Virus record (IMG/VR): IMGVR_UViG_3300025770_000897
Origin: an uncultured virus (IMG/VR IMGVR_UViG_3300025770_000897)
Taxonomy: Duplodnaviria > Heunggongvirae > Uroviricota > Caudoviricetes
Direction: 5' to 3' (one strand)
Length of the DNA: 64,000 nucleotides
The translations under genes and the position numbers were made by a program. This document shows positions 30,074-40,486 of the stretch, piece after piece. Numbering within the stretch: position 1 is the stretch's first letter; each line of letters begins with the position of its first letter. The notes beneath the pieces are model-generated. The model was not told where the DNA came from. It did no database searches and saw only the letters and a list, made by a program, of their open reading frames with translations.

Positions 30074-30856
30074 ATGTATCAGATGGGTCAAGGAATTATC
30101 CGTTCCGAAGACCTTGTTATTGCGTTGCGTAAATCTGATTCACCAATAGCCATAGAACATTTTTCTGAACCTCCGTCTATGTTTTTACACCGTTGGGGCG
30201 AAACAGCCCTGCAACACATCACAGACCTTCAAGTTACCATTTGGTTTATTCTGGGTCCTTCGCATCGTCGAACACACGATTGGCGAGCCGTAACTGCTAA
30301 TGGAGAAATGTGTCATTTAACCAACAAAGATATTTTCAGCACCGCTAAACTGGCACACGGCACACATAAGTTCCAAAAATGGTGCATCATTGATGAACTC
30401 CACAACAAAACAGTGCCAGAACTTGCCGCCGATTGCCCACTCACAGGAACTCAATTTCGATTACTTAATCGCTTTCAATTTGTAGCCTTGATGCAACCTC
30501 GTGGTGCTTTTGTTAAACCCACAGGATTAGTCAATTCTTTCCAAGACCTTGGACCACTTGTTTTCAACGCACCCCATTTCAATGAGAATCATGGAAAAGT
30601 TATCAAATCTAAATACGGAATCGGTTATGTAGTAGAACCCCAAAAAGAACCCACCTATAATTTTTCCCACCGTTGTAATGCTGTGGTTCACGACCACTTT
30701 AATTCTTATCCTGTGGGTCACGATAACCGATACTATGTTCCACTTCGGTTTTTAGAGCCGTATGCAATACCCACAGGCATATTAGCACCTCAAACTTTAA
30801 ATGTCCTTAATTGGTGTATCACCGGATGTGACCAACTCATCCATAGAAGTCTTTAA
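30074..30856 (+). CDS. Hypothetical protein, His-rich
   Basis: ATG 30 nt after TTTAAGTG at 30044. Confidence 0.7.
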   Translation: MYQMGQGIIRSEDLVIALRKSDSPIAIEHFSEPPSMFLHRWGETALQHITDLQVTIWFILGPSHRRTHDWRAVTANGEMCHLTNKDIFSTAKLAHGTHKFQKWCIIDELHNKTVPELAADCPLTGTQFRLLNRFQFVALMQPRGAFVKPTGLVNSFQDLGPLVFNAPHFNENHGKVIKSKYGIGYVVEPQKEPTYNFSHRCNAVVHDHFNSYPVGHDNRYYVPLRFLEPYAIPTGILAPQTLNVLNWCITGCDQLIHRSL

Positions 30857-30893
30857 GTATCAGAACCACCCAGATGTAAGATAGGTAAGACCT

Positions 30894-31295
30894 ATGATGC
30901 AAGATTCAGGATTTAATGAACCATTGATTGAAGACCCGAACACTACTGTTGGTTCTTACCCGTGGGAAGGAAATTACGGAGCCACACGTTCCTATGATAC
31001 CACAAACATGAGCCACATGACTACTCCAGTTACTGCTATGGTTGCTCCTCAAAAGGAAGCCACAGACGAACAATTCGTCGGTGCGGGCAACGACCCAGAA
31101 GGTGCAGACGCTGGACAAAATGATGCTGGCGGAGATGCTGACGGAGAAAACTTCGGACAGGACCAAGGCGAACAAGACCGTATGGAATCTGAATACTACT
31201 CAGAAGGAATGTCCACTGGTGTTAAGTTTGGACTCGGTGCTACTGCTGTGGCATTGGGACTCTTCGGCATGGTCTATGTTCTTTCCAGTCAATGA
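30894..31295 (+). CDS. Tail-anchored acidic membrane protein
   Basis: C-terminal FGLGATAVALGLFGMVYVL; TATA at 30852. Confidence 0.75.
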   Translation: MMQDSGFNEPLIEDPNTTVGSYPWEGNYGATRSYDTTNMSHMTTPVTAMVAPQKEATDEQFVGAGNDPEGADAGQNDAGGDADGENFGQDQGEQDRMESEYYSEGMSTGVKFGLGATAVALGLFGMVYVLSSQ

Positions 31296-31332
31296 GCAAA
31301 TCTTTAAGTAGTTGAACGAATAAGGTGATATT

Positions 31333-32202
31333 ATGGCACGAACAATCGGAACCAGCACAGTCTTACCAGATTTGCCCTATTCACCTAATCTGCAAGTTCT
31401 TCCCGAAGTTTCATTGATAAATGATACACTCGCAGGATACAACGCTAAAATTGAACTTGGACAAGGTTTGACCTCTCAAGCCCCACGCCCAATGCCTACT
31501 GTATCGAAAGTTCCATCAATCAACGTTCCACAAACTCGTGCTTTGTCAGAATCCGAAACAATTTTCGGTGCTGGATACGGTCAAGGTATTGTTCCTAACT
31601 CACCACGCCCCGCACCTACTAAGGTAAATACTCCTCGTTTGGATATTCCTGTCGGAAGCATGGCTGCTGATTTCAACCTTCAGAACTATTCTTTGACTGG
31701 ACAAGGTTTGACTCCTCAAGCCCAATACTTGAAGCCAACTCACACAATGGAACTTTACGCTCCTCCTGCTATGCCTAACGTGTCCAACATGACTCGCATG
31801 AAGCCTGAACAAATCATGGGTAGTATCAACGCTCACCAACCACAGGCTAACCTCGGTGGAGACCCTCGCTTTGAAGCCGAGATGACCACAGTTCGACCTA
31901 CCAACCCTCGTGCTATGATGAATGCGCCAACTATCAATGTTCCAGTCACACAAAAGCGTATGGCTCTCAGAGAGTTGCCAATCATCCCTCGTAGCACACA
32001 ACCTCGTATTCCAAATGTTTCCAAGCAAATTGGACCTATTAAGCAGGTTCGTATGGAAGCACAATATGTAGCACCACCAGTCCGAAACGCAGACATGGGT
32101 GGATTGCTCAACAGCACCAGCCGAGTTGGTGGATTTGGAAACAGTAACGGTCGAACCTTTGGTGCTTCAGGCGCATTAGCAAAGGGTCGATTTAAACTAT
32201 AA
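31333..32202 (+). CDS. Pro-rich internal-repeat protein (GQGL-x-P..P-x-I-x-VP repeats)
   Basis: Three GQG(L/I) repeats; DNA repeat ggacaaggtttgac near 31459 and 31699; TATA at 31303. Confidence 0.8.
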   Translation: MARTIGTSTVLPDLPYSPNLQVLPEVSLINDTLAGYNAKIELGQGLTSQAPRPMPTVSKVPSINVPQTRALSESETIFGAGYGQGIVPNSPRPAPTKVNTPRLDIPVGSMAADFNLQNYSLTGQGLTPQAQYLKPTHTMELYAPPAMPNVSNMTRMKPEQIMGSINAHQPQANLGGDPRFEAEMTTVRPTNPRAMMNAPTINVPVTQKRMALRELPIIPRSTQPRIPNVSKQIGPIKQVRMEAQYVAPPVRNADMGGLLNSTSRVGGFGNSNGRTFGASGALAKGRFKL

Positions 32203-32216
32203 ACAAAACTACGGAG

Positions 32217-32444
32217 ATGAAAAATATGGATTACAAAACAATTATCGTTGGAACAAGCCTTATGGTTGCCGGTGGACTCGCTTCAATGGGTGGAACTTAT
32301 GAGATTTTCACTCGAAGCCTTCCAGTTATCGGTGTGAATACCCTACAACTTGGCGGTGCAATTACTATGCTCGTCGGTGTTGCTACATTCACACGCTTTG
32401 ACCCCCTACGCCTACGCCAAACCACACCTGTTATCAACGTTTGA
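32217..32444 (+). CDS. Small two-TM membrane protein
   Basis: Two hydrophobic helices. Confidence 0.7.
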   Translation: MKNMDYKTIIVGTSLMVAGGLASMGGTYEIFTRSLPVIGVNTLQLGGAITMLVGVATFTRFDPLRLRQTTPVINV

Positions 32445-32475
32445 GACCTCTCAGGCATAGCCGGAGGAATCAAGC

Positions 32476-32820
32476 ATGAACAGTCGCATGAAAGCCGAAA
32501 CCACACGAGTTTGTGATGCTGGGCTTTCAGCCTATCTTGCTGACAAACATTCAGAGTTTAGACTTCGTAGTTTTTCTCGTGGTGTAGTCGGCGGTGCAAT
32601 TTTAACACTACCAACATATTTCTTGGTTCAAAGCACAGGCATTAACCCAATTTTCTCAATTCTTCCTTTAGCCTCTGGTCTTCTTGGCGGAACTTGGACT
32701 GGTTTAACTCAAGCAGACCGAGCCGATGGTTCAAATAGTGCAGATTTCGATGAAGTTTGCGCTACCTTAGAAGAATCAGAATCTGATGAAGACTCGGAAG
32801 ACTCTGAGGATTCAAACTGA
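32476..32820 (+). CDS. Small membrane protein with acidic tail
   Basis: GGAGG RBS; two Gly-rich hydrophobic segments. Confidence 0.7.
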   Translation: MNSRMKAETTRVCDAGLSAYLADKHSEFRLRSFSRGVVGGAILTLPTYFLVQSTGINPIFSILPLASGLLGGTWTGLTQADRADGSNSADFDEVCATLEESESDEDSEDSEDSN

Positions 32821-32853
32821 ATCTTTAAGTATCAGAACAGTTAAGGGATTGTT

Positions 32854-33123
32854 ATGGACTGGCAAGAAACTATTGGTCGTGTCGGATTAGGCATCCTTGT
32901 AATTTACGGTATCGGAGTTGTATCCAAGAAATTGAAACTTAGGTCTGAATCAAAAAGGGCAGAAGCCCCATTTGGTTTTCAAGAACCTGAATATCCAGAA
33001 ATGGTTGTAGAATCTTTGGTAATGAGACCTGCTGTTAATGAATACTTGAACACTGAGTTCGGGTCAGCACCTTTGCCATCTACTTCTAATTTTGTTGCTA
33101 TGATTCGTGGAACACCCATTTGA
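32854..33123 (+). CDS. N-anchored small membrane protein
   Basis: TM VGLGILVIYGIGVV; TATA at 32824. Confidence 0.75.
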   Translation: MDWQETIGRVGLGILVIYGIGVVSKKLKLRSESKRAEAPFGFQEPEYPEMVVESLVMRPAVNEYLNTEFGSAPLPSTSNFVAMIRGTPI

Positions 33124-33135
33124 TTAGGTGATATA

Positions 33136-33684
33136 ATGCAGGTTACACCAGAAAATGCTCGAAAAGTTGGTATGGTTGGGGCTACTGTTGGCCTTGCTAT
33201 GTATCTCACAGGATATTATTTCGGTCACGGCAGTAAAGATTGTGGCTGCAAAGACAACGATTCCGAAGTTTCAGAAGCCGAAACACGTTCTACTGGGGTT
33301 ACCCGTGGCACAATTGTTTCCGAAAGTTTCGGTTCAGAGATGAATCAAGACATGAGTGGGTCCTCAGCAGATTTGAATCGAATCAATCCCACCGTAGTTG
33401 AAGGTGCCGAAGATATTATGGGAGCCGAAAGTTTTGATGTAGAATATCGAAATCTTAACCCTCTGGATTATCAAACACCTGCTGCATTCTCCGATGTTTC
33501 GGGTTATGCCTCCCAACCTTTCTGGGACCAAGCCAATGACGTGCTTCCAGAATACCGATTCCCTATGCCGTGGTCTGCTTCTTACAGCCCACTTAGTCCA
33601 TACCGACCTTTGGATTATCAACAACAATCAGTAACTTACGTTCAAAATGACCGTCAAGTTCGACCAGCAGTTCAGAATTGGTAG
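33136..33684 (+). CDS. N-anchored membrane protein with AE/SE-delimited segments
   Basis: GGTGA RBS, TM, CGC motif, then SEAE/FGSE/EGAE/MGAE. Confidence 0.75.
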   Translation: MQVTPENARKVGMVGATVGLAMYLTGYYFGHGSKDCGCKDNDSEVSEAETRSTGVTRGTIVSESFGSEMNQDMSGSSADLNRINPTVVEGAEDIMGAESFDVEYRNLNPLDYQTPAAFSDVSGYASQPFWDQANDVLPEYRFPMPWSASYSPLSPYRPLDYQQQSVTYVQNDRQVRPAVQNW

Positions 33685-33719
33685 AAATCTTTAAGTAGTC
33701 GTGCAACCGAATGTTGCAC

Positions 33720-34238
33720 ATGAGTTCTATGACTAATGGTTATGTCCGTAAAGACATGAATCGAGAGTCCAACTTTTTTTCCAACGCAGAAGGTCAAGAA
33801 CATTTGTTAATGGCTGATGGCACAGCCATGTCAGCAGATGCTTTTCGTGATGCTCACCCCACCACTAAGTTCACACCTGAAGAATTGGGTATGAATCCAG
33901 AAGCCTCACCGTTCCACCAAGCCAACCAACCAATGGCAGATTCATACGCAGGTCAGGCTCCTGTGTATCACGATAAACAAACAGTAGCCAGTGGTGGCGA
34001 AGCCAGTCAGTTAGGCATTTACACCGCTAAATCTTTCGATGCAGAACCCGCAGCCATTGTTTCAGGACTCAACTCATGGGTTTCTAAAAATCTTGGAACT
34101 TTGTTAGTAACATCATTTGCAGTATTTGGTATTTACAAAGTTGGAGTCCGTCGTGGCCGCAATTTTTATGCTACACAACAAGCCGAATACAAATCTATGA
34201 TGAAAGACCCTGAAACCCTATTTTTCCGTAAGGGTTGA
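33720..34238 (+). CDS. Membrane protein with near-C-terminal TM
   Basis: LGTLLVTSFAVFGIY; ATG 30 nt after TATA at 33690. Confidence 0.75.
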   Translation: MSSMTNGYVRKDMNRESNFFSNAEGQEHLLMADGTAMSADAFRDAHPTTKFTPEELGMNPEASPFHQANQPMADSYAGQAPVYHDKQTVASGGEASQLGIYTAKSFDAEPAAIVSGLNSWVSKNLGTLLVTSFAVFGIYKVGVRRGRNFYATQQAEYKSMMKDPETLFFRKG

Positions 34239-34244
34239 TGTCCA

Positions 34245-34814
34245 ATGCTTAGAGAATACGAAAAAGGCAATCGAGTAACTTCGGTCGCAATTCAAAGTCT
34301 CGGCATCGGCACTATTGAACACCCCAGTTTTACCCATGCTACGGTAGTTTGGGATGACGGCACTTGGAGTAAAGAACGTTACCAAGACCTCATTTTTGTA
34401 GGACACAGCCGAAATGAACCACTTCCAATACCAACTGAAAATGGTGCTAATCCTTTACCATTAGTCGGCAGTAACGAAGGTCTCAACGACCATTCACGAA
34501 AGTTTGATGAAACTCCTGACTTTGAAAAAGATAATCCGAAATACAATCCTGATATGCCCGGTGGAAGTTCTTATCAATACGGTTCAGCCAATCTCAACCC
34601 AGATGTTTTTTCCGCCCCATTAGTTGCTTACGAAACATGGAATCCTGAAGACGGCAACAGTCACAGCAATTTTGGAAGCACTTTACAAAACTCCAAGATT
34701 TCAGGCGGAGACCTCCCAGTTGCTAAGATTCGACAAGAAGAACTCGACAAAGAACTTCAAAGAGTTATTACCAAACGCTTGTTATCTGGTCGTATCACGG
34801 AGGGTTCACTTTGA
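34245..34814 (+). CDS. Hypothetical protein with N-terminal SH3/KOW-like barrel
   Basis: YEKGNRV...GIGTI...ATVVWDDG...DLIFV. Confidence 0.65.
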   Translation: MLREYEKGNRVTSVAIQSLGIGTIEHPSFTHATVVWDDGTWSKERYQDLIFVGHSRNEPLPIPTENGANPLPLVGSNEGLNDHSRKFDETPDFEKDNPKYNPDMPGGSSYQYGSANLNPDVFSAPLVAYETWNPEDGNSHSNFGSTLQNSKISGGDLPVAKIRQEELDKELQRVITKRLLSGRITEGSL

Positions 34815-36112
34815 TTTCAGGTCCCGAAACTTCCAAGAAATCTGGTTGGCCTGTTCCACGTTATTATCAAGATGTAGCCACTGGTGAAACACTTCCAGTT
34901 TTGGTTTGGGCTATGAACAATCAGTTGTATCAACAAGCCGACGGCACACTCCGAGCCTACTCACGATTTGGACACAGCCAACCACCAATGACTTTACGCT
35001 CTGTTGATACACCATCTAATTCAGATTTTGCACCGCAAGACCTTGTTCAAAATCCTCAATTTTTAGAAATAGTTCGTAACAAAATGCAGCATAGACGCAA
35101 CTTCTTATCAGAATCAGAACCTTTAGTGAAACTTTCGGAACTCAACTTTGATTCGCTGCGCCGAGAACTACGCTCTGTTGGATTCAATTTACAAAGAACT
35201 GGTCGTGTTCCCGAAAGTTGGGTTTCAGTTCGCACCGAATCTTTGGGTTCAGGTTATTCTTTAGAAATGTTAGTTTCTCCTGATTATTATTCTGGATATG
35301 ATGCCGACCCTTACCAACAAGTTATCGGAGGATTAGGTGAAGCAGGTATCAACCAAGAAGGAATTGGTATTGTTCTACGAGATTCCTCAAAAGCAATTGC
35401 TAAAACTATTGCTTACCGTGGCACATCATTTGAGCAACAAACTAAGTTTTTCAACGATGCTGTGGCTGCTGGTTCTCAATATCTCAATCCCACAACTTCT
35501 TATCGAAACCTCGGAACTACTGTGGGTCAAAGTCCGTTTGCAGAATCGGGTCGCCCGTGGAAACCCGGTGACCTTGTGAACATTAGTCGTTCATCGGGAG
35601 ATGCTGGAGGCTTGGCTACGGCTCACGTTGTTCGAGTTTATCCTACCAAAGTTCAAGTTGCTTGGCCTAATGATGCAGACCACCCCGTTTCCGAGTTTCC
35701 TCGTGGCTGGTATTCATTAGAAGAAAAATCAGATTTGATTTACATTAAAGAAGACCCTCAATGGTTAGTTCAATGGCGAAAACGCCCTCGTAACTTATCA
35801 TCTGCTTTCGGCTCAGAAAACTCAATTTATCCGTATGGTATTGGAACTCCCACAGATGGACCCAACATTGACCGACATTCTTTTGATAATTCACAAACCA
35901 CAGGCCATGACCCTGAACGTTTTGTAGAATCTAAAATGTTAGGACCCAGCCCAGTATGGACTCAAGATGTAACCATGCCAGAGTTTTTATCCATGAAAAC
36001 CAGCCCAGTAGCAGCATCAGGAGATTTATACGGACAACAAGATGAACTTATGATGTATATCCGAAAACAAAATGCCTTAGCCCAACTCATAGGTGTTAAA
36101 AACCCGTGGTGA
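34811..36112 (+). CDS. Multi-module hypothetical protein including an SH3/Tudor-like segment
   Basis: WKPGDLVNI...AHVVRVYPTKVQVAWP; TTG start overlapping the previous stop. Confidence 0.75.
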   Translation: MISGPETSKKSGWPVPRYYQDVATGETLPVLVWAMNNQLYQQADGTLRAYSRFGHSQPPMTLRSVDTPSNSDFAPQDLVQNPQFLEIVRNKMQHRRNFLSESEPLVKLSELNFDSLRRELRSVGFNLQRTGRVPESWVSVRTESLGSGYSLEMLVSPDYYSGYDADPYQQVIGGLGEAGINQEGIGIVLRDSSKAIAKTIAYRGTSFEQQTKFFNDAVAAGSQYLNPTTSYRNLGTTVGQSPFAESGRPWKPGDLVNISRSSGDAGGLATAHVVRVYPTKVQVAWPNDADHPVSEFPRGWYSLEEKSDLIYIKEDPQWLVQWRKRPRNLSSAFGSENSIYPYGIGTPTDGPNIDRHSFDNSQTTGHDPERFVESKMLGPSPVWTQDVTMPEFLSMKTSPVAASGDLYGQQDELMMYIRKQNALAQLIGVKNPW

Positions 36113-36657
36113 ATGCTATGACTCCTAATGAAGCACTTACAGAATGGGGTCTGCGTGGTAACACATTTTTGGGCGGTAAAGATATTTTGACTGAACTTTA
36201 CAACACTACTTCAAGACATGATTCAGTGGGTCTGGAGGATAGTTTGTTTAGTCGTGGTCGTTTAAACCATGATTTAGGTATTTTCGATGTAAATAATTGG
36301 ATGGCTCAAAAAGTAGATTTTCAGTTTTATGAAAACAACAAAACATTACCTTACCTTATTGTTAAAGATTCAGAAAATCTCCCTGTTGGTGTCGAGAAAC
36401 AGGTTAGACTTGAACTGATGGTTCCAGCACTCGGGTTTGAGCCTTCCGAGGGTAACGCTGGTGTAACCTTTGAGTTCATTGAAAGTGAGGGAATAGATTA
36501 CTATTATTTTTTCAAAGGCCGTCAGACTCGTCTCTTCGACCGACAGATTCATCTTGGAGAAAGTAGCAACGATAAGTATTACTTAATTAGTGATTTTTGG
36601 AAGATGCTTGCTAAAACTTTAAACTGGACTACGTTTCCAAAATCGTTGATTGAGTAA
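36106..36657 (+). CDS. Hypothetical protein
   Basis: 183-aa ORF overlapping the previous stop. Confidence 0.7.
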   Translation: MVNAMTPNEALTEWGLRGNTFLGGKDILTELYNTTSRHDSVGLEDSLFSRGRLNHDLGIFDVNNWMAQKVDFQFYENNKTLPYLIVKDSENLPVGVEKQVRLELMVPALGFEPSEGNAGVTFEFIESEGIDYYYFFKGRQTRLFDRQIHLGESSNDKYYLISDFWKMLAKTLNWTTFPKSLIE

Positions 36658-36697
36658 AACCGAAGTCTTTAAGTATCAGAACAGAGAGATGATTATC

Positions 36698-37543
36698 ATG
36701 CGTTGGTCTCAATTTGGTCTCGGAGCCGTTTTGGTCGGTGTCGCTGCCTTCTTCGGTAATGAAAAGTTTCGTAGCAAAGTAACTTCAGCCTTCAGTGCTG
36801 ATGGCATAACTCCAGCAAATCTGGAAGAGATGCACATTGAAAGTTCTGGTGTCACAATTGACCAAGTTCCAACTTCTTTAGCACAAGCCTTCCTCGGCTA
36901 TCAACAACTTCACCTACAAGGCACTAATTCTATTGCTAATGATTCACCATTTATGGATGGCCTTATTGATGCACAACCAGTTTATGTTAATCCCCACGAC
37001 CTCGGATATTCATTCCAACCCGCAGAACAAGGATTTTCTTCCGAGTATGTGGATGAAGTCGGACAAACCGCTTCTTCTATGAACACCACCAACAACGAGT
37101 TCATTACAGGACCCGGAATGCCTTACACCCAAACCCCTTCCCAAGACCCAGTTAGTCTCGACCCCAGCACTGGTGCAGGTGTCGGTATTACTTATGATGG
37201 AAGTCGTTTGCCAGTGGCTCGATTGGCTCCCGAAGTCAATAGTGATTTCCCTTATCTTGTTTCTATGGTTGATGCTCCGTTTTTGACTCCACCCACAGGA
37301 GAAGTTGGAGGCAACCGTATTGGAAGCGTATCTCGTAACAGCACAGATGATAACGTCAATGGCCGTCTCGGAGAAGTTGCCCTCAGCCCAGATGTTGATT
37401 CCTCTTATCTTGATACTTCTACTGGTCGCACCCTACCACTAAGTCAATGGCGAAGCACCCACACAATCCTCCGTATTTCTGATACTATGGTATCAGCAAT
37501 TCCTTTTAGCGGAGGCTTTGAAACACAACTAAGGAGAGTATGA
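36698..37543 (+). CDS. N-anchored membrane protein
   Basis: ATG 30 nt after TATA at 36668; TM FGLGAVLVGVAAFFG, then FSAD. Confidence 0.8.
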   Translation: MRWSQFGLGAVLVGVAAFFGNEKFRSKVTSAFSADGITPANLEEMHIESSGVTIDQVPTSLAQAFLGYQQLHLQGTNSIANDSPFMDGLIDAQPVYVNPHDLGYSFQPAEQGFSSEYVDEVGQTASSMNTTNNEFITGPGMPYTQTPSQDPVSLDPSTGAGVGITYDGSRLPVARLAPEVNSDFPYLVSMVDAPFLTPPTGEVGGNRIGSVSRNSTDDNVNGRLGEVALSPDVDSSYLDTSTGRTLPLSQWRSTHTILRISDTMVSAIPFSGGFETQLRRV

Positions 37544-40092
37544 AAATGACTAAAATGCTATTTATTCAATCTGAAGATTACTGGGGATATGATGCTTCCT
37601 CATTCGATGATACCATTAACTTTTACAAGTTTGCTTGGACTGTCCCACTCGCACAATACATGGAGATGAGTGAAGAAGACCAAAAACGTTTGTATCCTTG
37701 TGCGCTCTTTTATGTTGCAGGTGTTACCGACAATCACAATTTCTTGACTCTTAAGATTATTCAAGACAGCACCGAAGCCAAAGTTTCAGGAATGGAAGGC
37801 ACTAAGCGTCGAACACGTCGTTATCAAATCGGTTCAAATGCTCAGTATTCCGTCGGCAGTTATGCACTTCAAGCCGCACCCGCTTCCGCTACTAACATTA
37901 TGGAAATTAAAGAAGCCGTTGAAGCCGGTAGCACTTCTGAAGGAAGTTTCCTTGTTTCAGGATTCCTTGATGATGCTGCAAGCGTGGCTAAACAAGTGAA
38001 CTACGAACCCGCAGAAAAATCTGCTGAATCCGTAGGATTTGCTGCACCAGCCACCGAACCATCAGGCTCGGCTTACGAACCTGCTGACCCCACAGTAGCC
38101 AACCCATCTACCGAAGGACCCTCAGAATCAGAACTCATTACTATGTCTGCTGAAATTGAATACGCAGAATTGGGTGACGAGTCATACCCTATTGTTCCTA
38201 ACACCACAGGGCAAGATTCTTCCTTTAGTGGTCATGGAGTTCCACAATGGTATGGTGCCGAAAGTTCTGGCTCCATCAGAGCATACGCTGACATTGATTA
38301 TTCATGGGACTCAGACCCAGACCCACATAAACATGAAGACCAACTGGATGAAAGTGACATCAGTGGTATGATTGAAGAACTTGTTCAAGAAGAAGTAGAT
38401 TCTGGTAACACTTCTGGAAGCGGTTACACTTCAACTGAAGTAGGTTTTGAGGGTCCCGGTAAAGACGATTACTCTTATGAAGACGTAGATATTCATTATC
38501 GGTGGGGTGCTGAAGGCTTTGGTGCAGAAGGCGAGGGCGATATTAGCCACTCCCGTATAGACGAAGAAGAAGACCAACCAGTTATTCTCCGATACGACAA
38601 TGCAACAACTTTTTACGAATGGAAAATTGTCGGACCTGTAACTTATGACGAAGAATATGAGATTGAAGAGAAAATCGAAGGCGAACTCGGAGACTCACCA
38701 GAACGAGGACAAACCGACTTTGAGTTCACACTCGATGAGGATGGCCGAGAAGTTAATGTAGATACAGATACAGATTATGGCGAAGGTCGTTTTTATGGTC
38801 TGGCTGCTGAAGCCGAGGTATCCATAGAAATTGAAGACGAAGATGGTGGTTATCAATGTGGCAAGTGTTACACTGGCTTTGAAGATAAATCTCAGGCAGA
38901 TAATTGTTGTTCTGCTTGTTATGAGTGTGGTTATTCTGCTCATGTAGGCTTTGAACGAGCGCAAAAGTGCTGTGCTTGTGATTGTGATGAAACTGGTGGC
39001 GGACCTAATGGAACTTGCCAACAAATGTTCTCTGCTGAAGGCGGTCGCCTCCGAGACATCCGTGGTAAGTTTATGAACCGTGGTAAAGCCAAGAATGCAG
39101 TTTTCGGTGAAGTTATGTCTCAACAAATGGGCGGATATTACCGCACAGGCATTGTCGGAGATAACCCACCAGTCGGTCAAGATATTTCTCGACGCAACCC
39201 CGTAGCCAAAGCCAAATACTTTGTGCAACCCGGTGTTCAAAACGACAACACAGGAGCATGGTCTAAAGGACCCAACTTCCAACAAGCCCGCAAGATTGCT
39301 AAAGGAGTAGCATGGGACACCGTTCAAGACATGGGACTCGCTGCTGAAACCTTCGCCAGCGAAACTTTCTGTGCTGATTGTGGCACTACCAAAAAATACC
39401 GTGGCGAACAAGAAGAAGGCGTGGAGTGTGGCGATTGTGGTCGCCCCGCAACCCATTCTGCCCGAGGTGGAACAGTCAATCGTTGTGACCGATGTTGGCC
39501 CGGTGATGGTTCTATGTCTGCTGAAATGGAATACGCTGAACTTGGAGAAGAACTTTACCCAGTTGTTCCTAACTCAGAAGGTGGCAACACCGCTTTGGAT
39601 TCAGGATACGGAGTTCCTCAATGGTATGGCTCGGCTGAAACTTTAAAACCATATTTTGAAAGAGATGATGCACCTGAAGAAGATTATGAGTTTTCTGAAC
39701 GAGGACCACAAATGCTTCGTGCTATTGCGCCCCAAGCAGGATTATATTTTGATTTTAGAGTTGATGAGTGGGAAGACGCTTCATGGGCCAACTTACCAGA
39801 CATGACCGAAGAAGAATATGATGCTTGTTATTTTGATTTCAAGAAAGGTGGTGTCTTTGACAGTTCAGATAATCTAATTGTTTCTATGGATGATTTCGCA
39901 GAGGCAATTTTCAACTACGACATTGTGAACATTGATGGTAACTATAATTGGTCTAAAGGAAACCTTGCCTCTCGTCAAGGCATTACTGATACTTTGGAAG
40001 AAGCCTCACCTACTAAGGGAGTTCTTGTAGCACCTGCTTTGGCTGCTATTGCTGGAATCTTAGGCGGTATTTTCTACGCACGTCGTTCTTAA
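37540..40092 (+). CDS. Tail-anchored mosaic polyprotein: acidic modules, Zn fingers, 2 GVPQWYG repeats, basic RDxxGKF module
   Basis: More than 10 xAE/xSE sites; CGKC/CYEC/CADC/CGDC; C-terminal TM ALAAIAGILGGIFYARRS. Confidence 0.8.
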   Translation: MKMTKMLFIQSEDYWGYDASSFDDTINFYKFAWTVPLAQYMEMSEEDQKRLYPCALFYVAGVTDNHNFLTLKIIQDSTEAKVSGMEGTKRRTRRYQIGSNAQYSVGSYALQAAPASATNIMEIKEAVEAGSTSEGSFLVSGFLDDAASVAKQVNYEPAEKSAESVGFAAPATEPSGSAYEPADPTVANPSTEGPSESELITMSAEIEYAELGDESYPIVPNTTGQDSSFSGHGVPQWYGAESSGSIRAYADIDYSWDSDPDPHKHEDQLDESDISGMIEELVQEEVDSGNTSGSGYTSTEVGFEGPGKDDYSYEDVDIHYRWGAEGFGAEGEGDISHSRIDEEEDQPVILRYDNATTFYEWKIVGPVTYDEEYEIEEKIEGELGDSPERGQTDFEFTLDEDGREVNVDTDTDYGEGRFYGLAAEAEVSIEIEDEDGGYQCGKCYTGFEDKSQADNCCSACYECGYSAHVGFERAQKCCACDCDETGGGPNGTCQQMFSAEGGRLRDIRGKFMNRGKAKNAVFGEVMSQQMGGYYRTGIVGDNPPVGQDISRRNPVAKAKYFVQPGVQNDNTGAWSKGPNFQQARKIAKGVAWDTVQDMGLAAETFASETFCADCGTTKKYRGEQEEGVECGDCGRPATHSARGGTVNRCDRCWPGDGSMSAEMEYAELGEELYPVVPNSEGGNTALDSGYGVPQWYGSAETLKPYFERDDAPEEDYEFSERGPQMLRAIAPQAGLYFDFRVDEWEDASWANLPDMTEEEYDACYFDFKKGGVFDSSDNLIVSMDDFAEAIFNYDIVNIDGNYNWSKGNLASRQGITDTLEEASPTKGVLVAPALAAIAGILGGIFYARRS

Positions 40093-40104
40093 GGAGATGA
40101 AATT

Positions 40105-40341
40105 ATGGTAACTAACTATCCTAAACTTTTCTTTGAACAAGAATCGAAACTAATTCACAAAGTAGGATATTCTGTGGCTCTTGCTATGATGACAATTGGT
40201 TTGGCTGAAACAGTTCACTCTATTCCTTACATGGTCAAAAAAGAATCCTCTCCTGTGGGTATTGTATTAGGACCTGCTGGAATTGCTGCCGGAAGTTTGG
40301 TGGCTTATCTTTATCTTCGTGAAGCCAAAGTGGTTTATTGA
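40105..40341 (+). CDS. Small two-TM membrane protein
   Basis: GGAG RBS; two hydrophobic helices. Confidence 0.7.
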   Translation: MVTNYPKLFFEQESKLIHKVGYSVALAMMTIGLAETVHSIPYMVKKESSPVGIVLGPAGIAAGSLVAYLYLREAKVVY

Positions 40342-40486
40342 CCGATTCTAAGTCGAATCAGTCTGGGGGGACAACCTTTCCCCGACTCTTCGAGTCTCCC
40401 CTATCCGGAGTGGGTGTGAAATCATAGATTTCTCTTTTAAGATAAACGTCCAAAAGTTTATAACTGTCCTTAAACAATTAGATATT

